From IMG/VR virus record IMGVR_UViG_3300029827_000121, positions 1-64,000 of that record: a stretch of 64,000 nt of DNA; one strand, written 5' to 3'. The notes below the pieces were generated by a model. It made no database searches and was not told the origin of the DNA. It saw only the letters and a program-made list of their open reading frames with translations. Each line of letters starts with the position of its first letter. Positions within the stretch are counted from its first letter, which is position 1. This DNA comes from a virus. Of this stretch, positions 57,758-64,000 are shown in pieces. The position numbers were made by a program, and so were the translations under genes.

Positions 57758-60286
57758 TTATTTCCTCGTTCTCCAGAATACATGCCCGAGCGTCCTCCCA
57801 TAAGCGCTCGCGCCGATATTCCAGCACTCTTTGAAATCCTTCGCGATTATATCCTGTTCGAGTGAATTAAACGTCATGTCTTCACTATATGTTCTATTGA
57901 TAACCTGACGTACGCTCATATCATGACAGAGAAGTTCGAATGTTCCCTTGTCTATTTCCTGAATGCTTCCCCAATCAATGGCACCGAGATATTCGTCAAC
58001 CACATCGGCATGAAGAATACCGTAATATTCTCCGAAATCAGGAAGAGTTTCAATATCGGGATTATTGGTCGGAATACTCCACAAACTGTCGATACACCAG
58101 ACAAGTATATAGTTGGGAGCTTTGCGAATAAGTTGTATCGAACCTTCGATCTTGTCGATAATCTGTCTTGACATCAAATAATAACCGGCGTTATATCGCA
58201 TGTTGTTGGCAAGATCGCAATAATGAATCAACGAATCGCCGCGCTGTGACGTCACCATAAAACCGGGAACCATCCGAAGAATATTGCAATTAGGCATTGC
58301 CTCTTTATAACGCATATTCAATAAGCCGATATGCTTTTCATCCATGCGATTCCGCAGTGTTTCATCGGTGGTAATATCCGTAATTACCCGGTACATCGGA
58401 TCAAGCGTTATTCCCTGAAGTTCTTTTGACAAATTTTCATGTACTCGCACCTGATTGCTGGAAAGCACCTCCACAATAATCGATTCGTATCCGGTGGACC
58501 AGAATATTGTTTTTCGTTCATCGCATTCGGTTTTTGAAAAATAATCATCCGTATATACATTATGTAAAGTAACTATGTATCCATCCTGCGAGGCACGCAT
58601 AACCCGTCCCGCGCCGATCGCGCAAGCCTGTAACGGTTTCGTCCCGCCGTAATAATCGGTTCCCACCCTTACTTTTTTTGGAGATAAATATTCTATGATG
58701 GTTTCGGTATCGCCATCCTCCCATTTAAGCGGCGTTCCCTCATCAGCCTTTTCAAATGTACCGACTATTGCGGTAACAATACCGTGTGTTTTACTTGCGT
58801 AAAAGGCGGCAGCCACGCGAAAATCGCCGCACCATGTAAATTTAAGCGGCGTTAATTCTTCCCCGTTTTCGGTTGTTCGCGGTTCGGCTCCGTTTTCACT
58901 AATATCGGTAGTACGCCATTTTGTATAATGCGTCCAGTGCCATTCAAAATAATCCTGATCGAGCGGAATAAAAAACACTCCTACCTGATTAGGTTCGGTA
59001 TATCCCCATGAATCATTTATTTTCGCGCCATCCGCTTCAGTTCCTTTTATTATTTCCGAAATATCCGTTCCGGTAATACCGGCTCCCAGATAACCGATCG
59101 ATGCGTTTTTTTCCCGTCCTGTATCAAAAGTAAAATAACCGCCATCATTATATTTGACGATAATCCATGGAAACAACGTGTTGATGCATTTTTGCAACGA
59201 ACCGGCAACCTCATGCATACTCTGCACATTGGTTCCGGTCGTACTCATATCAACAATGAATTCAGCCTCGTATTCATTGTGGGTAAATTTAAAAGAGGCA
59301 CCGGGAGCTTCTATCGTTCGATAATAAGCGGGATCTTTATTGACATCGGACATTTCAGCGCATATAAGACGACATCCGATTTTAACGCTGCTGTCATTGT
59401 TTCCTATCGGTTTTTCTCTCCAATGCGTCGAATAATCCCTGTTAGGAATTATACCGGTATTCAATTGCGTCGTTCCGCTTTGCTGCAACAGTTTCGCATT
59501 CGTTCTATCCCTTATTCCGGCTCCGGCGATTCTCGCCATGGAATAAAGATAGTCATAACGATAATTATGCTCTTTTCTTCTTTGTCTTCCATAAAGCAGT
59601 ATATGCGGAACCGGCCCGTTCGCACGCCAAAGAATACCAACGCTTTGATCGAAACTTAATTTGAATATGCCATTCGAATTCCCGAATACTCCATCATTGT
59701 CGGAATCGTCCCAATCGGATATGACGTTCGATGGCATTCTTCTCGAAACGCAAAGACATTCACTATATCCCCTGTATTTATAACTGCTGGTATATATTCT
59801 TTTACCGAACTGCCATATTTTTTTTCTTTGTATTTTATGCCAACTATTAATATTCAACCGGCCATGGATATAACATCCATCCGATTCCCTGTCGATTCCC
59901 GACAACGCCATTCTTACCTGATTTTCGGAAATATATTCGGCTATTTCATCATGATAATATTCGCCATCGTCGGTAGGCCATGCGATATAACAACTCACAC
60001 TGTCATAATTAAAAACGTCTTGATCACAGGTAACGACGTTATTAACTTTGCTCATATAAAGATTTTTTAATTCGCTTCCGCAGCCATCCCTCCAAGGCGG
60101 AGGTTGCAAATCAGACCATAGCCACGATGCCAATCTCGGCTGTATTTCGGTGTCGAAAGAATGAGCATTGATCAATCCTGCGACCGCATTGACTGGTATG
60201 TCCTCATGCGGCGCATTCTTTACCAAACCGTCACTGAAATTGGTTTGATTCCAGTTTTCCAGATTGTCGTCTGTTTGTCTGCTCAT
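57758..60286 (-). CDS. Putative tail nozzle/stabilization protein
   Basis: NFSDGL N-terminal motif; size and position after the adaptor. Confidence 0.5.
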   Translation of the reverse strand: MSRQTDDNLENWNQTNFSDGLVKNAPHEDIPVNAVAGLINAHSFDTEIQPRLASWLWSDLQPPPWRDGCGSELKNLYMSKVNNVVTCDQDVFNYDSVSCYIAWPTDDGEYYHDEIAEYISENQVRMALSGIDRESDGCYIHGRLNINSWHKIQRKKIWQFGKRIYTSSYKYRGYSECLCVSRRMPSNVISDWDDSDNDGVFGNSNGIFKLSFDQSVGILWRANGPVPHILLYGRQRRKEHNYRYDYLYSMARIAGAGIRDRTNAKLLQQSGTTQLNTGIIPNRDYSTHWREKPIGNNDSSVKIGCRLICAEMSDVNKDPAYYRTIEAPGASFKFTHNEYEAEFIVDMSTTGTNVQSMHEVAGSLQKCINTLFPWIIVKYNDGGYFTFDTGREKNASIGYLGAGITGTDISEIIKGTEADGAKINDSWGYTEPNQVGVFFIPLDQDYFEWHWTHYTKWRTTDISENGAEPRTTENGEELTPLKFTWCGDFRVAAAFYASKTHGIVTAIVGTFEKADEGTPLKWEDGDTETIIEYLSPKKVRVGTDYYGGTKPLQACAIGAGRVMRASQDGYIVTLHNVYTDDYFSKTECDERKTIFWSTGYESIIVEVLSSNQVRVHENLSKELQGITLDPMYRVITDITTDETLRNRMDEKHIGLLNMRYKEAMPNCNILRMVPGFMVTSQRGDSLIHYCDLANNMRYNAGYYLMSRQIIDKIEGSIQLIRKAPNYILVWCIDSLWSIPTNNPDIETLPDFGEYYGILHADVVDEYLGAIDWGSIQEIDKGTFELLCHDMSVRQVINRTYSEDMTFNSLEQDIIAKDFKECWNIGASAYGRTLGHVFWRTRK

Positions 60287-60295
60287 ATCAAACCG

Positions 60296-60979
60296 TCAAA
60301 AAGGTCTTTTCGTGCAAAACAAAGAAATACCCTGTTCCCCATTGTCAAGTTCCGACCAGTATTTCGGCTTTAAAACTTCTTCGATATATTTCGTTACCGC
60401 CAATTGTTTTTTATGATCGTTGACGGCATCGATAAGCGACATTGTAGCCTGCATCAAAATCTGTTCCGCTTCCGGACTCGGACATTCATGCTGTATTCTC
60501 TGTGAAGTAATTTCCGTGGGTAATTTATAAGCTATGCGACGAAACAAAGAAGTGGTATTTCCGGGATTTACTCCCCGAAACATGAGAGTAGCCGGAGTAA
60601 TGTTTCCACTTCCGGCTACTCTTGCGGGTCTGGTTTTTACATTGAGAATCCGCCGGTATTCCATTCCCTCAAAATGAAGTGCTTCAACAAACCATTCATT
60701 TGTCCATGCCGACGGCAGATCGGCATCCCAATCAATTACGATATGTTTAACCTGCCAAACGGTCTCCGGACAATCATACTGAAAAGTATTATCAGCAGTG
60801 GCAATAAAAGGAAAATCACCGGTAGCGGAATCGTAAAGAAGATTCTGTTCCCGTTCAGCCGTGTTCAGTATCCGGTGTGCCTGATTATAAAGAGGAAGTA
60901 TTCCCTTCTCTGTCCCCTCCGGTTGCCACCCGTGGCACTCCAGAGCTATCCACGCCAGATGTTGACTCGTTGATGCCAT
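60296..60979 (-). CDS. Putative head-tail adaptor
   Basis: Position after the capsid gene; LYNQAHR..., YDCP motifs. Confidence 0.5.
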   Translation of the reverse strand: MASTSQHLAWIALECHGWQPEGTEKGILPLYNQAHRILNTAEREQNLLYDSATGDFPFIATADNTFQYDCPETVWQVKHIVIDWDADLPSAWTNEWFVEALHFEGMEYRRILNVKTRPARVAGSGNITPATLMFRGVNPGNTTSLFRRIAYKLPTEITSQRIQHECPSPEAEQILMQATMSLIDAVNDHKKQLAVTKYIEEVLKPKYWSELDNGEQGISLFCTKRPF

Positions 60980-61520
60980 TCGTTACACTTCCTTTCGGCC
61001 TTCCTCTTTTTCTGTTTCCGGCTTCATTTTCCTGTTGATTTATCGATTCGAGTTCACGCACTTTTTCGGCGATGTCTCTTTCCAATTGCTCTTTTCTACT
61101 GAGTTCGGCTTTGAATGGTTTCTTGGCTTCCTCTCTGATTTCCTCTCTTAACTTATCATCCAATACCTCAAGATCGTCGGGATGCGATGCGATGTATCTT
61201 CGATTCCAACCGTCAGGATCATCCCATATGTCAGCTTCAATATCCCCGCTTGCTGTCTGGCGAAAGTATAAAACGCGAGCGCCTTTCCTCGATTTCCATT
61301 CCGTCCGTCCGGTATTTATATCCGATGATTCATATGCTTCGACATCTCTCAGTCCATGCGGCCTGATATTGTAACAGATGCCTTCATGATCGATTTCAGG
61401 AATAATCGGTCCTTTATACCGAACACGTATAAACCGTTCTCCCTTTCGCCGTAGTTGTTCGACTCTTTTTAATCGATCCCGTTCCTCCTGCGACTTAAGA
61501 ATTTCAGCCAGTTCATTCAT
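60885..61520 (-). CDS. Hypothetical protein
   Basis: ORF after the capsid gene; KRGRP motif. Confidence 0.6.
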   Translation of the reverse strand: MNELAEILKSQEERDRLKRVEQLRRKGERFIRVRYKGPIIPEIDHEGICYNIRPHGLRDVEAYESSDINTGRTEWKSRKGARVLYFRQTASGDIEADIWDDPDGWNRRYIASHPDDLEVLDDKLREEIREEAKKPFKAELSRKEQLERDIAEKVRELESINQQENEAGNRKRGRPKGSVTNGINESTSGVDSSGVPRVATGGDREGNTSSL

Positions 61521-61546
61521 AATTCATCCCTTTTTTAATGGATATA

Positions 61547-61577
61547 AGGGTAGTCCCGCGAAACGGGATACTACCCT
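61547..61577. terminator. Hairpin downstream of the capsid gene
   Basis: AGGGTAGT-CCCG...CGGG-ATACTACCCT. Confidence 0.5.
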
Positions 61578-61608
61578 CGAAAATTTACAAACTGTTTTTA
61601 CTTCAACT

Positions 61609-62895
61609 TCATGCGTTTTCAACACGCCCAAGTACGACAAGTACCGAACCGAAATACTCTCTCGCGGCACCCGTCGGATCAACAGGAGTATTGTCAAACT
61701 GCATATGCTGATATCCCCGTACACCGGCATACCCAACACCGTTACGCACGTTATAATCCCAATCCTGAGATATCATGTGCATTTTTTCCGGTTCAAGCAG
61801 GTAAAGAGCGCCAGCCGCATGAAGAATCGATGCATCCCTTACCAGCGGGTTTTCAAGCTGCCGCTGGTCGTTGGCAATCGGCCACATATAATTGGCCTGC
61901 AACCCATACGGAGGTGCCGTACCACTCGGCAGAAGGGTGGCAAGCCTGTCATCACGAACGAGATAAATCGTCGCTCCGGCGGCACTTTCCCATTTGCCAA
62001 GCATTCCGTACCAGTTTTGTACCTTACTATCCTTGATATCATCGACACGGGTATACCGTGAACCAAGCGTATCAACGAATCGTGGATTCGAAAAACGCGC
62101 CGCCTGAAGCTGGGAAACGGTAAGAAGAAACGCCTGATTATTTTCGATCGAAAGCGGCCACAATCTGCGCATGAACGCGAACCTGACAAGTTCATCCATT
62201 ACCCGTCCGCTCAGCATTTGAGCAGCAGTTTGCGGAAAGGTTCCCGTCCCTCCGGAAGCGGCATCAATCGCCGCAACTATACGGTTGGTATACGTTGCCC
62301 AGTTCGGATGAAACTGCGGTTGCTGATAGATGGTTCCGGCATTGGCAACATAACAGTGCCGGTTCCATTGCGCCGGACAGGTATTCGCCGTAGAACCGAA
62401 TTGCAGGTTCCATCCGTTCGTCTCGATAAGCCCCATATGAATTTCAAGGTCTTCCTCCGCCGCCGCATGAGGAGCCAGATCCTTCGCATGTTGCTCATAG
62501 AGATTGAAAAACTCGGCATCGAGTTTGTGCTCTCCATATCCGGGTTTATCCTGAAAAACAACGCGGTAATTATTACGGAACAATGTACCGCTTTTCACGA
62601 CGGGAGCAACTTCAGTTCCCATCGCGACGCCATTGCCGCGAATGATATTCGCGTTCGCTTCCATTTTCAATCCGACGCGAACATTGTTCGCTCCGCCGAT
62701 TTCCTCCGGTGACAAACGTTCGATAACGGCACTCGGCATCGACAATTCCTGCCGTTTATAGATGATGCGTTCACCGGTGATATTCGCATAAATCGATTTC
62801 GGAATAGCTCTTCGACGGAGAGTATTGCTGAATTTACGTACAACAAGACTTCCGCCCGAAAGAGTATTCAAATCGGTGTAATTCCTGACACCCAT
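61609..62895 (-). CDS. Major capsid protein (N4-gp56/DUF4043-like)
   Basis: 428 aa after the scaffold-like gene; GTEVAP, DWDY..RNGVG, EYFGSV motifs; RBS AAGGAG. Confidence 0.7.
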   Translation of the reverse strand: MGVRNYTDLNTLSGGSLVVRKFSNTLRRRAIPKSIYANITGERIIYKRQELSMPSAVIERLSPEEIGGANNVRVGLKMEANANIIRGNGVAMGTEVAPVVKSGTLFRNNYRVVFQDKPGYGEHKLDAEFFNLYEQHAKDLAPHAAAEEDLEIHMGLIETNGWNLQFGSTANTCPAQWNRHCYVANAGTIYQQPQFHPNWATYTNRIVAAIDAASGGTGTFPQTAAQMLSGRVMDELVRFAFMRRLWPLSIENNQAFLLTVSQLQAARFSNPRFVDTLGSRYTRVDDIKDSKVQNWYGMLGKWESAAGATIYLVRDDRLATLLPSGTAPPYGLQANYMWPIANDQRQLENPLVRDASILHAAGALYLLEPEKMHMISQDWDYNVRNGVGYAGVRGYQHMQFDNTPVDPTGAAREYFGSVLVVLGRVENA

Positions 62896-62929
62896 TTTTA
62901 AGCTCCTTTTAGTTTATTGCCTGATAATA

Positions 62930-64000
62930 TCAGGCAGAATTTCTCCAATACGGTTCCGGCTGCGGAATCGGCATTCCTAAAACTTCATGGGCTGCTTGCA
63001 ACGCTTTGAACATATCCCATCCGCGCTTATCACCGATCCGTAACAACCGTTCCATTTTTTCTTCGTCAACGGTCATCCGGCCCTTTCTTTCACCAATGAT
63101 TTCCAACGCCTGATTTTCAGTCAAACCCTGTCCTTCAGGCGGTAAACCGGTCGGTTCGAGCGTCGGTGGTGATGTATCGCGTTTTTTAAGAGATGCGTCA
63201 AGATTTTGCTGTCCCTTTTTTTCAGCCTCAATAATCGCCAATTCCTTTTCCGCAGTCGTTATCCCTTCACTTTCCTTCATATGTTGAAACGTGGATGCGA
63301 AGTCCGGAAACGTTACTTTCTGTCCTCTCCAATCGGTAACCGGTATACGGGAACCGGTCATAGGATCAATGCGTTCTCCCCGTTGCCTCCAGTAAACATT
63401 CATGAGTATTCCGTAATTCCGGATATCATTTGGATTAATGCCGAAATTGCCGGGGAAAATACTGTTCCTTTCACAAATTTTAATAAGTTCAGGATTTTTC
63501 GCATTAAAATCACTGACGAACCTGTTTATCTCATCAAAATTTTTCGGCTTTCTATCATATACTACTTCAGCCATTCTGACGATCGCCGATTCAAGGTCAT
63601 CCCTGTTGTCGGCATATAAAGGCTTCGTCGTCTTTAATTCGGGAAACTTTGATTGTAACTCCTCCAGATTTCTTTCCGCTGTTTTTTGCTCAAACTCCAG
63701 CTTTCTTTTTTCCTCAGCCCGTTGGGTCATTTCCGATACGTTTTTAATACTTTTTTCAAGATTGGCATATCGCGATTCGGCGGTTTTACGATAACTCGTA
63801 AATTCATCCTTTACCGAATCAAGTTCAGCCAGAGTATCTTTGAAAACTTCAACCGTACCAGACATCACGCTCTGAAGAGCATCAACATCTTCTCCGCCGT
63901 AATCCTTCAGTTTTTCTATCCGGGCGTTGATTTCATCCAATTTCGTATTAAATTCCGCTCGTTTCCCGGATGATATGAAAGGCTTTTGCTCAACGGATTT
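62930..64000 (-). CDS. Putative scaffolding protein (5' end outside the window)
   Basis: Coiled-coil, charged ORF directly upstream of the capsid gene. Confidence 0.55.
   Translation of the reverse strand, partial: KSVEQKPFISSGKRAEFNTKLDEINARIEKLKDYGGEDVDALQSVMSGTVEVFKDTLAELDSVKDEFTSYRKTAESRYANLEKSIKNVSEMTQRAEEKRKLEFEQKTAERNLEELQSKFPELKTTKPLYADNRDDLESAIVRMAEVVYDRKPKNFDEINRFVSDFNAKNPELIKICERNSIFPGNFGINPNDIRNYGILMNVYWRQRGERIDPMTGSRIPVTDWRGQKVTFPDFASTFQHMKESEGITTAEKELAIIEAEKKGQQNLDASLKKRDTSPPTLEPTGLPPEGQGLTENQALEIIGERKGRMTVDEEKMERLLRIGDKRGWDMFKALQAAHEVLGMPIPQPEPYWRNSA

Noticed and set aside
1-64000. Alternative genetic code, or a bacterial chromosomal LPS locus
   Set aside because: Genes tile densely under the standard code, and the glycan genes are contiguous and coupled with the phage terL operon.

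Overview
The window is almost entirely one tailed dsDNA temperate phage genome (probably podovirus-like), apparently in excised form because phage genes flank an intact attP. From left to right it contains: (1) a minus-strand operon (1-19.8 kb) with terS, terL and about 14 kb of glycosyltransferase, methyltransferase, sulfotransferase, radical-SAM and kinase-like genes; (2) a palindrome-rich strand-switch region (19.8-20.9 kb); (3) plus-strand early/accessory genes (ArdC-like, DUF4121-like, DUF932-like, lipoproteins); (4) replication/recombination genes (Lin1244-type initiator, Sak4-like ATPase, DUF669 SSB); (5) xis, a tyrosine integrase and an attP carrying the 3' half of tRNA-Ser(GCT); (6) a minus-strand virion module (scaffold, major capsid, adaptor, nozzle, Kelch/PKD/LamG proteins, tail fibre, ejection proteins, RusA-like nuclease). 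The standout feature is a stand-alone Cas7/RAMP-like gene (39256-39888) embedded in non-coding arrays with a strict 5-nt grammar: runs of NGY-NN pentamers grouped into 26/31/36/41-nt units separated by a one-base register shift at GCA(C/A)A|GGY. Four such arrays (about 4.2 kb in total) lie on the same strand as the gene, and no other cas genes or CRISPR array are visible. This looks like a phage-encoded RNA-guided system with a gapped guide code (VIPR-like). All protein assignments come from visual motif recognition, not database searches.
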